A stretch of 64,000 nucleotides of DNA from Tubulanus polymorphus (taxonomy: Eukaryota > Animalia > Nemertea). Below the pieces are notes generated by a model. It searched no databases, was not told where the DNA came from, and saw nothing but the letters and a program-made list of their open reading frames with translations. A program made the position numbers and the translations under genes. Location: the NCBI RefSeq assembly GCF_964204645.1, contig NC_134026.1, forward strand, positions 26,074,150 to 26,138,149, written 5' to 3'. Of the stretch, positions 25,664-39,527 are shown in pieces (position 1 is the stretch's first letter; every line of letters starts with the position of its first letter).

Positions 25664-27191
25664 TTTTGTCAGATATCCTTGGAGTGCTATTTCGTAAAAT
25701 GACTGGGATGAATATTGCAGGTTTATGTCAGTGTGGTATATTATGCCAGGTGTTGCTTTGTATATAAGTATTTTAATTACCACTTATTGTGTTGATTCTA
25801 ATTTTACAATGAAATATCATACATTATTACTATTATATTCAGATTAAAAAATGTAACACGAATTCCCATTTTATGATAATCAGCCAGACCCTCATTGAAG
25901 GTTTTTGGAAAGCATTGGATATGTTTTGCTACCACTGATATTGGTTCCTGATATTCACAAGTGAATAGATTCATCGTTATCTTTATCTTTATCATTATCT
26001 GTTTTGAATGGAATTTGAAATACTGTGTTTCAGTGGTGACCATTCTCTTCCTGTGCTCTTCACTCTGTTCCCAAACAATCCGTTCTCAAGAACATGAATT
26101 CATTTCACAATTTGAACCTTATGAATATTTGAACTAAAAATCCTTAGAAAACAAAAACACCTAATATTTTAATTTGGTTCTTTTTTATTTCAAAATCATG
26201 GACATTTTCTCCAATTTATAGCTTGCCATTTCCATTGATATTTATTGCTGATGTTTCTTTCTAATTAACAGCTAGATCCTTTGTACATTGTGGCACCATG
26301 TAACAGGCATTTGTGATCTTATATATATATATATTTTGGTGAGAAATACACATATTTATCTTACTTAATTGTTTAAAAATTTACTACTTAAATGAAATTG
26401 GTGTCAACAAGGGAATATGCAGTGCACAAAGTTTGAAAGAAGTGTTTGGAAGAAATTATTGCTAGATTGCAGTTATCCGAAACCAAAAAAATCAACAAAA
26501 GCTTGATAAAAACAAAAAGATACACACTGGATGTAATAATTGAAAAAGAAAGAATTAAATTGAACTGATGTATGGCTATGTCCTTCGGTGTGAATATATT
26601 CACATTCTAAATAGTCCTATTTATGAGATAAATTTGAAATATGTAGATAAAAGAATTTAATTAAGAAATGCAAATTTCAACCCTATATTAGAAAGAGACA
26701 TTGAACCAGAAATATTTCCCCAAAAATGTAATATGTATCTACTGAAATGAAACAGAATCATCAATTTGAGTATTACTTCAGGAAATAAAATTGAAAGACT
26801 TGATAGTGTGAAAAGAAAGATGTTGAAGGCAAGTGGGACTTACTACTTAGCTATAGACCTATAGGAAGACTAAGCATTTGAAAAGAAGTGATAGAACAGA
26901 GTAGAAATGGAGATTAGGCTTTTTGAAGTGCATAAGATGTGATTACTAATACATCTCCCCAGTTAACACCAATTTCATAATCATCCTAATAATTTGTTAG
27001 ATAATCTGAAAATTTCTGTACAAATGAGCAGACTTCAGAGATGAGTTATACCAGATTTGATCAGTGAATAGAAACATTTACGTTTCAACTGATCGAATCA
27101 TTGATATCATAGTAGAATATATGCAAAATATGAAATTTGTAAATAGGTAGATGATTTGTAAATTGAAATGAATAAAGTTCTATGGCTAGTT

Positions 27192-29261
27192 TTATAATTC
27201 ATCCCTAAGATCTTCTGGATTAATAGCCTTTGCACTTCCAACAAACATAGCATGAGCAGCAACTACTTCATCCTTGCTCAATTCACCATCTTTGTTTGTG
27301 TCTGATTTGAGGATGAGATGCTTGGCCTCCAATGTAGCAGCATCATTGTAGTCAAATACCATGGATCCAGTGTATTCAAGCTTGTCAAGGAGGCCATCTC
27401 CATTCTTGTCAGCTTCCTTAAAGTGTTTCACCATCTCCTTGTAGAGTTCAGCATCATCTCCATCAGGTTTCACTGTAAAAAGAATAAATTGGTTTTGATT
27501 TTTGTGGGATTTTTTTTTTATTACAAGGTTTACTGTTCTAGATTGAACTTACAGTTTCCGATGTATTCATGCTCTTCAACATATCCATCTCTGTTCTTAT
27601 CAACCTTCTCCATAGCATGAAGAGCTTCAACTTCCAAAACCTTGCCATGAGGCGTTGGGTTAGTGAATTCAGCATACTCTTTCCTGTCAAGTTTTCCATC
27701 TTCATTGGCATCAGCAGCATGGAATTTTCTCATATCGTGGTCCATTGACTGTAAACCAGTGTTGATAAGATCTATCAAATCTGTCAAAATGTGGATTTTA
27801 TTAGAGTACAATAAAGGTATCTTACCTGAACAAATTCAATGAATTCTTCATCTCCAGCTTTCCTTGTGGCTTCTATTTTTTCTGGTGTTGTATGATGAGC
27901 CTTGTCTAAGTATTCATCCCAGGCAGCGAAGCCATCACCATTCACATCAGCTGTAGCAAACTGTACGTTGGCAGCATCCCTGTCCAATTTCCTGGAAGAT
28001 TCAAAGTTGAATTCATTGATTAAATTTATTCATTTTATTTTCAAACTATTGTTTTCACTTTTGTTTTAATTGGTTTCTAATGGCTGATGAAAATAGTCAC
28101 TTGCATACCTGTAGTTTTCAGAAATCCATTGTATGAGTTCAACTTGTGTTAAAACACCATCAGCATTCTGGTCCATCTTTTCAACCAGAATGGCAAGACG
28201 TCTTTGGGCATCATCAGGGGTAATTGTGGCAAATTCAGCAGCTTCTTTCCTATTTCCTAAATTCATAGAATTTTGTAAAATCTATATTAACATGTACAAG
28301 TATCTTATAGACATGACAATGAAAAGAAGATGCATTAATTTCGATGATGTTATTTCCTACATAGCTTTATTCATTTGACCGTACTTGTATCAGTCAATGT
28401 TCTTATATCAAAATGTTTTCTCATGTGTTGCATGTATGATGTTTTATTTGATGGGTTTTTGATTTTTAGGATAATTCTATGAAGATCTTTATTTACATAG
28501 GCTATATCATGGGCAACAAGTCAACATCAGATCAAAATGCCACGTATTCAAATCTGTTACCTACTTAATTCAAATTCACGCATCGAGGACACAAATTTTT
28601 GTTTGAGATACATATACTCTAGTGTTTTATCGGAATTGATGGTAATCAAGAGCAACATATTGCATACATTTCATAACAATTATGACTGTATTTATTTTAG
28701 TGAGCAGATGGAGCGTTTTTTTTGTCAAAAGTGCTTCATTTAATCCAATATTCTGTGTTTATTGTCTTCTCTCTAAAACGCTGACGTGTCGCGTGGTTTG
28801 TGGCAAAATTTTGAACTCATATCCTGTTTGCATAGAAAGCAATATGGAATATGGACACGTCAACTATTTTAGGCCTAATCACTAGTTGAATTTTGATGAA
28901 ATTGACACCCGTAGGGCTTTATCTATATTCACATCAAAAAATATCAACTGTAGATGTGTTGATTCAATTACATAGTATTTATCTTTCATTGGGTGCAATG
29001 AAACTATTATAGATGTATTATGATGTGTTTATATAAAAGAAAATTAATAATAGGGGTTGGTGTGATGAAAATATGATTAGAGCTCCGCATAGAATTAGGC
29101 AGTTGAAATGAAGTCGAAATAAAACAAAACTCACCTAAAATTGCCAAATGATCAAATTCAGCATGATGGCCTTGTTCTTCCTCCCTTAGATGAGCAGTAT
29201 ATTCAGCTGGTTCAGCAAGGGTTAATCCCAAGAAGGCAGCTATAATGTAAAACTTTAACAT
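27192..29261 (-). CDS. CREC-family EF-hand protein C, 5 exons, C-terminal RDEL
   Basis: MLKFYIIAAFLGLTLA..DHLAILG; DQNADGVLTQVE, DVNGDGFAAWDE, DANEDGKLDRKE, DKNRDGYVEEHE, DKNGDGLLDKLE, DTNKDGELSKDE; ends LRDEL*. Confidence 0.92.
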
Positions 29262-29838
29262 GTTGAAGTATCTTCAGCGTTGTTTTCGTTTCTTTGCAGA
29301 AGCTTTTACTCTCGAAGCTGCCTTAAGTTTTGTGAGGTTGAGTTGGAGGTCTTGTCGCATTTTATGGGCTTGATTTTGTCCGTCATGTGACGTGTCGCCA
29401 TTATCTCTTGCTACGTTTTCTTTGGGCTATAGCATGCTTACGATATACGTCTCAGTAACGAACAAGTCATTTACTAATTTGAATATTCATTAATTGGTTG
29501 TTTTCTGGTGATTGATGGATGTATAATGAGCTTGTAGATTCATTAATAAGCAGCTGCTACATTTTAGACTTCAAAAAATTCTATGAAGATAGTTTTCCCC
29601 TTTTTGGCCACAGATGTCCCACTTTATACGCATTAACATCTGTATACATTGTATTTAACATACCCTGGTACCTCCAAGGAAGTAAATAAGTTACAATGTG
29701 AATTTTGTCCTAATTTACCCTCATCCAAATTTAATGATAATCTCAATCCGTAATTTTAGATTTCCATGCATGATTATGATTATACATAAAATGGCTTTTA
29801 TCTTTCAAATCATTATTTTCATCATTTCTACTTTTAGA

Positions 29839-30384
29839 ATGGATATTCCATCACCACTTCCTGCAGCTCGAAATCATATAACAGATCATCCTAAATATAA
29901 GGAAATTCTTGCTTATAACTTTGAAAACTGTGAAAATCAAGCTTACATATGTGTATTAGTGTATCTTCAGTTATGTGAATTGAAACAGTGGTCTAATGTG
30001 ACAATTCATCCATGCCATCAGCTTAAGTGTGTTTATATATCCGGCCAAGAATATTCTAATGAACTATTTGATATAGTTTTGCCCATTTCTGCTAAAAGAA
30101 ACTTATCAGTCAAGCAAATAGAAGAAATTCTCAAGCTTGTACGGCCAGAATTTAGTGCAAATACAAAACCAGGAGTTACATTAGCTATCGTGGAACAGGA
30201 CTCAACTGTTGTATACTACAGACTGAATAGTGGAATAATTCCTCCAGAATCTGCTGAAGAAACGCAAGAAAATAAACAATATAAGCGCGCTAAAATTGAT
30301 CAGAAATCAGCAGAAAAGGCATACATAGCCGAGTCATTTAAAGCATCTTTAAATCAACAGACTGATAATCAAGAATGTAAGTGA
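29839..30384 (+). CDS. TSEN15: tRNA-splicing endonuclease subunit Sen15
   Basis: MDIPSP..DHPKYKE..LVYLQLCELKQW..VLPIS..VTLAIVEQDSTVVYYRLNSGIIPP (Sen15 signature); ATG follows a ttttag acceptor. If the 30377 donor is used, the CDS ends at a junction-formed TGA instead. Confidence 0.88.
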   Translation: MDIPSPLPAARNHITDHPKYKEILAYNFENCENQAYICVLVYLQLCELKQWSNVTIHPCHQLKCVYISGQEYSNELFDIVLPISAKRNLSVKQIEEILKLVRPEFSANTKPGVTLAIVEQDSTVVYYRLNSGIIPPESAEETQENKQYKRAKIDQKSAEKAYIAESFKASLNQQTDNQECK

Positions 30385-30467
30385 TTTGAAAAAAAACTTG
30401 AAACTGTATAGTTCATTTCATTTCTGCTAAAATAGCACATATATATATATATATGTATTTTTCTAGG

Positions 30468-32139
30468 ATGGAACTTTTTGCTGATTTCGATGAAACTTTG
30501 TTTGAGCAGGGCAAAGAAAAAGTTGACCATGTTCCTTTCTCATATAATGCTAAAATTTGTCAACGCAATGTAAGTGATAGTTGAAAATGATCACTATTTC
30601 CTATGTTCATTTCTAGCATATTTGTTTTCAGATTGTAGATTGTATTTTTAGTGGTTCTTGGATGAAAGTTTGAAGCCACCAGAAGAGGAAGTTGTTGAAT
30701 TGCGTCATTACTATAAACAAAGGGCCGAATATTTGCAACAAATAGGAGATTTTCAACAAGCATTAACAACCTTTCAAATATGTTTAGGTATGCAAAGAGC
30801 TCATTAAACTGCTCCAGTTGAAGCAACTCTTCACACAACATATTAACCAATCTGACTGTTTTCTATACATTTTTTTCAGAATTGGATTGTGGCAGAATTG
30901 AAAGAAGATGTGTTCATGAGGCAATTGCATATTGTATGTTGAAACTTGGCAAATATGAACAGGCTTTGACTGCTGCAAGAGTTGTGGTAAATATATAATA
31001 AAAATATAAGTCCCGATCAATGATAATGATCTAGGTTATTCCAGATTGACAATGTTTTGTTTCGTTCATGTAGTTAGATGGCGCAATCAATGAAGATCAG
31101 AAGTTAACTTCTCTGTATTTGATGAATAAAATATACCATGCCAAGGCAGACATTCCAAGTAAGCCTCAATAATTATCTCATTCATTATACATGTACACAA
31201 TTGTTAAAAAGTTGTCTTATGTTTGAATCTTTAAATGACTTTTTAGATAGCCTTTTGACTACTCAGCAACTATTGGCTTTTCACCATTGCAATGTTGAGT
31301 TATGGATTATCTTAGCTAGTGCTTATCAGAAATATCATAGGACTATAGACACTAAATGCAGTTCGATGCCAGGTTCAGAAAGCGGATCTAATAAGATACA
31401 TGGAACATTAGTGTTAAATGATGAAACACTATCTGTTCAGAAACATTTAGGTGAAATGAAAATATCAACAAATTGCTCGAATCAGGAGCATGATGACTGT
31501 GATCTACAGCAGAAATCTACAGATCTATATCATAGTGGTAAATTTGATTGTCGACTGAAAGCAATAACTTGTTTGTTAGTGGCAAGGTAATGTTATACTT
31601 TTGATCACATGATCTTGTTTTTTTTTCTTTTGTTTTCTAATGTGTAATCATCAATTTATATCAACTCGAAATTCAATTTTCAGGAGTTCTATTTTGGCTG
31701 TTCAGAAATCTGTCAGAAGTTTTGTTAGAGAAAGAAATCTGCTCCTGCTGAAGAAAGTAGGTGTTTATTATGGTACATGTTGTTTGATGCCTGAACTGAC
31801 AAATTTCTGATGGTCACTGTATATAATTTACAGGTTGAAGAAATGATAGATGAACTGAATTTCGTGATACCACCCTCACCATCAAACACAGATTCCCTGC
31901 TTGCTCAATTAAAAAATGTTAGTTATACTACAATAATATGATTAATTACTACATTGATAATTTAGTTGGCATTTCTTGAATAGATTTTAGTTGTTGAATA
32001 TGGCATAAGATTATACATGTATTGATAGTATACAGTGATATTTTTCTCTTTTTAGTTGGATATCACTGCAGATGGATTCCAGAAGCAATTTGAAATGATA
32101 CTGTGCAAACAAGCCTGTAACTTTAATTCAATTGAATAA
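30468..32139 (+). CDS. C8orf76: C8orf76 homolog (TPR-like), ~8 exons; mostly missed by ORF track
   Basis: MELFADFDETLFEQ...SYNAKICQRN|WFLDE...YKQRAEYLQQIGDFQQAL resembles the C8orf76 N-terminus (FEDSVFEE..SYCAKLCEPQWF); stop at 32137-32139 overlaps AATAAA. Confidence 0.8.
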
Positions 32140-32495
32140 ATTGTTTAATTTGTTCTGATATTCACTGTCTTTTATTCATTTGTTTTTAGTGCGTGTATGA
32201 CATAGTTAGGTAACTTGTTTGATGAGAATAATTTGTAACGTTCCTCCATGAGACAAATCGCCCAACAAATTTATTAACACTTAGCAACAGTCAGCAACAG
32301 GTGTTTTCTGCTTCGTCACAATTAATTTGATAGATCAGGTTTTATTGAACAGCTGTGGTCTACAAGCTGGCCGTTTCGATTGAAACTTGTTTTCATCTTA
32401 ATACATGCACCAGCTGTTTACTAGCCTCTAACCGACATCTAATTGCCACATCATAAGAAAATGTCTTCCTTATTGCATCTGCTATTGTACATGTA

Positions 32496-32654
32496 CGGTA
32501 AAACCCGCTTAATTCGGATCATTTGGGACCAACATAATTCATTCGGTTTACGGAAAATCTGGATTCAAATTTATTCCTGTATATAAATGAACAGATGGAG
32601 TGAAAATATTGTCCACATTAGGCAGAGTCAATTTGGATTAATCTGGTTTGACTG
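32496..32654. mobile_element. Tc1/mariner-type MITE (same family as 60173-60328)
   Basis: TA|cggtaaaacccgcttaattcggatcatttgggaccaac ... ggattaatctggtttgactg|TA. Confidence 0.75.
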
Positions 32655-33047
32655 TATATCCAATACATGTACCTGTAGAGTTTTGGTTCTTTACTAAAAC
32701 TACGTACCGGTACATGTATATAGAGTATTTTCCCGAATTGTCATAATAGACCTGGACGTGGTGCTGACATGAATTAGAGTAATTGATGTGTAAAAATTAG
32801 TTGAATTTTCATTGAGTACTTTTGCTTGGAAAGAGATACGGAGTTGTACAAATCCAGTCCTAGCAATGTGGAAAATGATATTCCTATTCATGTAACACAA
32901 AATCCTCCTTAAATGATCTACCAATACAAAAAATAATGTTTGATGATGACAAATGTTTTAATTGATATATTTACAATATACAGATTTATTACATAAATTG
33001 ACTAGAAGATATAATAAGTATGCTAGCAGTACAACATAATGTAATCA

Positions 33048-36000
33048 CTACTTTTTCGTTAGAATTTCTCCCATTTTGAGACAATGAGTGTTGAAACCAT
33101 TTCCTTTATGTTTACTGACAAGTTCCAGTAACCCTTGCTTTTTCTGTAAAGCATGCGATGATTCGAGTTCGTAAAGTGTACAAAGATTGATCAAAACTCC
33201 CTCTTGTAAATATCTGCCGGGATTTCGATGTATCAGGTTTTCCAAAACCGACAACGCCTCTTTCAATTTACCCATATACAAGCAGCACACCGCCATATTA
33301 TTAACTGCCTAAAATTACAGTACATTTTGTATTAATATTTTCATAGCCTTTTCCTAGATGAGATTTTTCATCAAAAATCTGATACACGTGTAATTCCTTA
33401 TACTTACAACAGCACAAGATGGATCAATTTCTATCACAGCTTTAAAATGAGATTTAGCATTTTCAAATTCATTCAAACCCAAAGAAAGAAAACCCCTGAA
33501 AAAGAAAAATATATTGAAAATGTAATACTTGTACTGGGGTATTCAAACTTATGAACTACCAACATCTGTCAACAGATATACATGTATTTCAAGAGAGATT
33601 ACACACTTGTTCATATGTACTTGACATCTCTTTTTATCACTATCGTCAGGATCTTCCAACACTTTATTGAAGTATTCTTTACCAGAAATAACATCTCCCA
33701 TCTGCAATTATTTTATACATTTAGTATATTTGTTTGGCTATTCACCACGGCTAAGCAGGTGGCAGCAGTATCAACATGACTCAATACCTGTACATAAAGA
33801 CGTCCCAATGCAGACCATAGAATGATTCTATTAGCAGCATCTTTCACTATTAGTTGTTCCAGTATATCAACTGCATTATCAAAGGCCTAGAGTATAAATA
33901 AGAATATTTTATATAGTATGTGAAAATACTGTAACCTTGATTGAAATAATTTAAAAAAAGATATACCTTAATGGAACCTAAAACATTGAGTATTGAATAT
34001 AGAACCTGGACTTCTCTTTTCTCCCAAACTTGTTGGGATGCTGAAATATCATGTTTTCCAGGTGTTAAACGAATATAGTAAAGATTATATTGATCTAAAA
34101 ATATACTGGTAATACAGTACAGAAAATTGTTACCTTTTCTATTTTCTGGGCTAAGGTCAATCACAGAGCCATCTTCAGCAAATCCATTCTCCAAATTACT
34201 CAAAATCTAAAACGAGGTGTATAAGCAGTTAGCCTGACTTCTGAATAAAGATCTGTTATTTCTCATCATGGTATTTCATACCTTCTTAACAATTGTGTAT
34301 ACATAGTAAAGTCGATCAAGTGTGTCTTGTGATTTCCCATGAAAGTGAGGTAACTCAGCATGGAGAACACGGAATGAAAATGGTACCATACAACCTAGAT
34401 TCAAAATCCAAGTGAATTGAAATTCGGGATACAAGGTATCAATAAATCTAATCATCATTCAAAGCAGTTACGGTAATTACCTTTTCGACCAGGATACTGG
34501 TCAGGATAAAACTCATAGTACAGGTCAGGTTTATCGAAATTTCCAAATGCTTGTGTTTCCGCTTCAGCGTGAGTATATTGTTTCAATTTTACCAGCAAAG
34601 CAATTCTTGTAAACCAGAGCTGAAAAAAAAAACGTGAAGTGCTGATATTCTGAAAAATCATTGTTGTACATGTACTTCAAAATTGAGGCAATACTCACTT
34701 GCAATGTTTCTGGTGTGTTCTTATTTGGCTGATGACCAAGTTTACCTATGCCTTGCCCCAGATTTGTCAATAAATGACCAGTCAAATCTACAGCTGAACG
34801 CAGTGAATCAGCTCTCTATAAAATACAGGAAATTATTCAAAACATTCAATTTAAGTGCGCAAAAAATTTATCTGATGTTCAACTTTTCTTGCTGAAAACC
34901 TACAATAAGTTGACGTAAACCTTCTTCATTTGGTGATACATCATCAGGACCTAAACACTGACGTTTAACAGCTTCTTGTTCGCCGAAACATTTCACCATT
35001 AAATCTCTAACTGGATCACCCTAGAACAGAAAACATACCCGTAAGCACATCTAGCTCAGTAGTCAATTCAGATATATTAACAGAAAATCACAAATATGAA
35101 ACTTACTTGTGGTTCATTGGATGTAAGTCCAGGTAAAGTAAGTTGATCTGATCGTGCAAAGTAATTTCCTTGAGTACTTGCCAAAATGGCTACAATTGTC
35201 TGTCTTGTAGCATCGGAAGGAATCCAGGCATCTTGTCTACGATCTGCTTCACTCATCTGTAAGCTAGTTGAGAATGGATCATCATCTCCTGGATCTGATA
35301 TCTGAGCACTGAATGGACCACTGTTGTTTGTAGCTAATAAACTGTTGTTAACAGCCTGCTTTAAATCATCTGGTTTGTTTTGTGGAGTATTGTTGGAAGA
35401 AATAGTCTGAACATGGTGTATCGGGCTGGCATAAGCTGATGTATTAGGTGATGGTCCAGGAGATAGATGTGGTAATATGTACGGACCCCCAGATGAAGTT
35501 TTACGAACTGTTGATGTTTCTTCATTGCTGACTGTCGCTGATTCTGGAAGTTGCAGATTATTGTCACTATTTTGAAGTGAGCTGTCGTTATCATCTTTTA
35601 GATCTTCCGGCTCCTCCACCTCAGCGGTAAAATGTTCGAAAATTTCTTTTCCTTCCTTATCAGGACAAGCGTTTACTTCTTCATCTGTGAATAGTAGGCT
35701 GACACTGTTTGAATCTTCATCTTTGACATTCTCAACATTTTCTCCCTCGAATGTCGCTTCGACAGTTTGTACTGAGCCAGAAATCGTTCTCGTTCGGTGG
35801 TGGCTATTATCACTTCCAAATGACCCTGAATGTGATCGAGATTTCTGAACGGTAAACTCTTCAGTTTCATTTGTTGATAAACTATCAAAGAAAGCGCTAG
35901 CATCGTCTGGATTAATTTCCTTTGGCTCTTGGAAATAACTGCTGATACCTATATTCGACTCATTACCATCTATATTTTCTCTTTTTACACCGGCCAATTC

Positions 36001-36480
36001 ATTTTCAGATGGTTGTTCTTCCAACTCCTCAACGATAATGCTAACATCCATTGCATCATCCTTCATTAATAGTCCACCCCTTCCTTCATTAGAGCCTTCA
36101 GCGTATGGCTGCTGGGGTTGTTCTTCTTTGGTCAACTCAATAGCAGCTTGTTTAGATTTTTCATCATCTTCAGATTCCTCTTTTTCTGTAATGTTTAAAT
36201 TATCTCGAAGACTGCCCAAATCAACATCTGTACTGACTCGATCCAAATCTAAACTTTCCATAGTCGGTGATGTTTCTAAACCTATTGTATCTAGATAATC
36301 CAATGATCCACTTACATCATATTGAGGCGTTTCTTCTTGCTCTGGTGATTTTTTCATCGTTTCAGATCTATCCAGAATCACTTCATCATCATCATCAGGA
36401 GTTACTGCTACTTCTTGAGTTGAGGAATTTGACACTTCCAATGCAGCTTCTTCCTGCTGTGGTGTATCTGGGTCGCTCAT
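33048..36480 (-). CDS. TRAPPC12: Trafficking protein particle complex subunit 12 (TTC15)
   Basis: Long acidic N-terminal exon, then [84 protein letters not shown]. Confidence 0.95.
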
Positions 36481-37016
36481 GATGCAAATTTTACCTGCGA
36501 AACATGTATGACGTATGAACATTTTGCCAAATCTTGTTTAAAGACCTCCTCAAGACAATTTTGTTAAAGACCTCCTCAAGGAAAAACTTTGATAGCTAGG
36601 CCTATCATTTTAGTTATGCGAGGGATTAAATGCTAGGCTTAGTTCGCTTGTGTACCAAGCAGTAAGCCTAGCCTGCGAAGCGTTTTTTGGGGGATAGACA
36701 TTATTGCCATGGTTAAAAAAGTTGGGCTGGTTGTTAGTGATTTTATCTTTCTTTTTGATTGCCAGGCTGATTTTTTTACCTCGTCCACACTCTCAGACAA
36801 GCTAAATCGGCAGGGTCATTGTTCATTAAAATGTTTTCATACCTACGCTATGAATTACGGATAAAGGGACAAAATGATATTGGTTTTTAGCAGGTTTTTT
36901 GTTTGTTTCTGTCAACCAAATTTACTTCCGTGTTGAATACGTCACTAGAACTTGCGTTGTTTAGATGGGAGGCTGTCCGCAGTCCAGATCCGGTAATTAG
37001 CGATTCCGACCGAGCG

Positions 37017-39175
37017 ATGGAAGATGATGCACCGGTCATTTATGGCCTAGAATTCCAGGTATTGCTCAAATTCCATCTTAATATGATGAATAATGAATGT
37101 CGCATATCATTTATAAATGAGAAACTCTAGTATAGCATTTACACCCAGAAGAGGTACATTTCTCTGACTCTAGATTAGGAGTGGGCGCTCGCCTCAAGTT
37201 GTTATACGTTTTACGGATCGGGCACTGAACCGGACATGTTTTTTCCAGGCTAGGTCATTGACAGCTCAAGTTGCTGAAACTGATGCGATAAGATTTTTAG
37301 TGGGAACACAGTCCTTACGATTTGACAATCAGGTAGTCCACCATATCCATATAACCTTCAGCCAAAAAATTAGTAAATATTTCAAACATTGCCATGTTCG
37401 GTTATTTATGGCATTACCTATTTTCCATTCTTCCAGATCCATCAAATTGACTTCGATGATGAAAATAATCAGATAAGTAAAAACGTTTTTCTACACCGGG
37501 ATGGTGAAATATGGCATATAAGTTCATCGCCTGCCAACAAAAGCATTTTGGCTACATGCTATAATTCTAGTAAGTATATAGACCCTATTTTAGGAGTTGG
37601 TATTAGTTTCAGTGAGAAACTTGAAAAAACTTACTGATTTGAAATGTTTCATCTAAGAAACCCACACCTTACAATGTTCTACATATCTTTTTATACATGC
37701 AATAATAACAGCTTCAGAAGCAAAAGCTGAAATGAAAGCAGCTTTATGGAGGATCCCTACAGATTTTGACGCTACTATAAATGATGAAAATTCTAGCGCT
37801 TCACATTCCTTAGAGAAACTATCACAGATTGGTGTCAGTGATTCTGGTGATGCTAAATGGTATGAATGATAGGAATGATTATCCATTAGAAAGAAATAGT
37901 TTTGAAAATCATTTTACAAGTTTTGATGGAGTAAATAACTTAGGGTCCCAGTATTTGATGTAGACCTCTTATTGCTAAAAGAATATTTGAAAGACACCTT
38001 ATATTTCAAAATACGAGTTATCAGAATTTGGTATAACTGAGAAGTTGATGAAATATGACTTTTATTTGCTGCAGTACAATCTGGCATCCAGGAGGGGATG
38101 GATCTCAACTTATATCTTTAGTTGATAATAACATTTATCTGTGGGATATTAACGAATCCGGTGAACACACTCAAGTAAGCAGCACAACAAACAATTGGAA
38201 TTGTGGAAAAAAAATACTCGATTTATGGTTTTGTTCAATTTCTGATTGCAGATGATTAGTTCAGGAACTCTAGATGGCAAAGGTCAGCCAAAGTTTACAA
38301 CTGGTCAGTGGAACCCACATCACAACTGTAATCAGGTGGCTACAGCTAATGATACAGTGATTCGTGGATGGGATCTTCGAACAATGTCGTAAGCATTATC
38401 TCAATGAATGAAAAAAACTGCAGGTTTGTTTTTATTGTGCGGATTTTTGGGAAATTTTTGAGAAAAATCGTTCTTTTACACTTTGTAGACAAGAGTGGGT
38501 GATAGAGAATGCTCATGAACAACTTGTACGAGATCTTGATTTCAACCCAAACAAGCAGTATTACTTGGCTACATGCGGTGATGACTGTAAAGTAAAATTC
38601 TGGGACATCCGGAAAACATTGGAACCAGTCACGATCCTTGCCGATCATTCTCACTGGTACAAGAACAATAAATTGTCATCTTTACTGTCATTCACCGTGT
38701 CACAGACTTTAGTATTTAAATGTATGATTTCAGGGTATGGAAAGTGCGGTATAACCATTTTCATGATCAACTGGTTCTATCGGCGAGTAGCGATAGTCGG
38801 GTGATTCTTACAAATGCGATCACTATTTCATCTGAGCCGTTTGGACATCTTGCTGATGAGGATGAAGAAGAGATTGATGAAGATCATGAACCAAAAGAAA
38901 AGTAAGTGCCAGTAACGTAGGCCTAAACGTATTATTCCTGTAATATGTTGAGAGCTATGTTAATGTTAATTGTAGTCTATAAATGATGATATCATCTCAA
39001 TTTCTTTTACAGAAGTGAAGATGGAGTGATAGCCGCGTCTGAGGAACATGAAGACAGTGTTTACGCCGTTGAATGGTCAACTGCCGATCCATGGCTTTAT
39101 GCATCTCTCAGTTACGATGGACGTTTAGTTATCAATCGAGTTCCCAGAGCTGAAAAATACAAGATACTTTTATAA
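37017..39175 (+). CDS. EIPR1: EARP/GARP-interacting protein 1 (TSSC1), WD40
   Basis: [37 protein letters not shown]...[26 protein letters not shown]...[17 protein letters not shown]...[27 protein letters not shown]. Confidence 0.97.
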
Positions 39176-39360
39176 AATATGTTAAAATGTCTCAGTCTAG
39201 TCGATTATGTGTATGCATATTTATATCAATGAGGTTTCCTCATACATCGTAAACATGTAGCAATGATTATCCGTGTTGCCAATCTGGTAAGATTTGGGAT
39301 TTTTATGATCGCTATATAAAGTGATGGTTATCGTCAATTTGATGAATGATATACAGTATA

Positions 39361-39527
39361 CAGTAGAATTCACTTAATGCAGATCGCTAGGGACTGCCCA
39401 GATTTTTCCAAATTATGTAAAATCTGAATTATGATTAGTACATGGTTCCGGGTAAAATGGAAAATAATTTTTTTCCAAATTATGTGAAAATCTGGATTGA
39501 AAAATCAGAATTAAGTGAGTTCTACTG
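39361..39527. mobile_element. Tc1/mariner-type MITE in EIPR1 3' region
   Basis: TA|cagtagaattcacttaat ... attaagtgagttctactg. Confidence 0.7.

Noticed and set aside
28780-29400. TGACGTG motifs near the CREC genes (UPR/CREB3-like)
   Set aside because: Short imperfect matches; not distinguishable from chance without conservation data.
29698-29838. N-terminal extension of the 228-aa ORF
   Set aside because: GTG start and intron-like sequence ending in ttttag; real start taken as ATG 29839.
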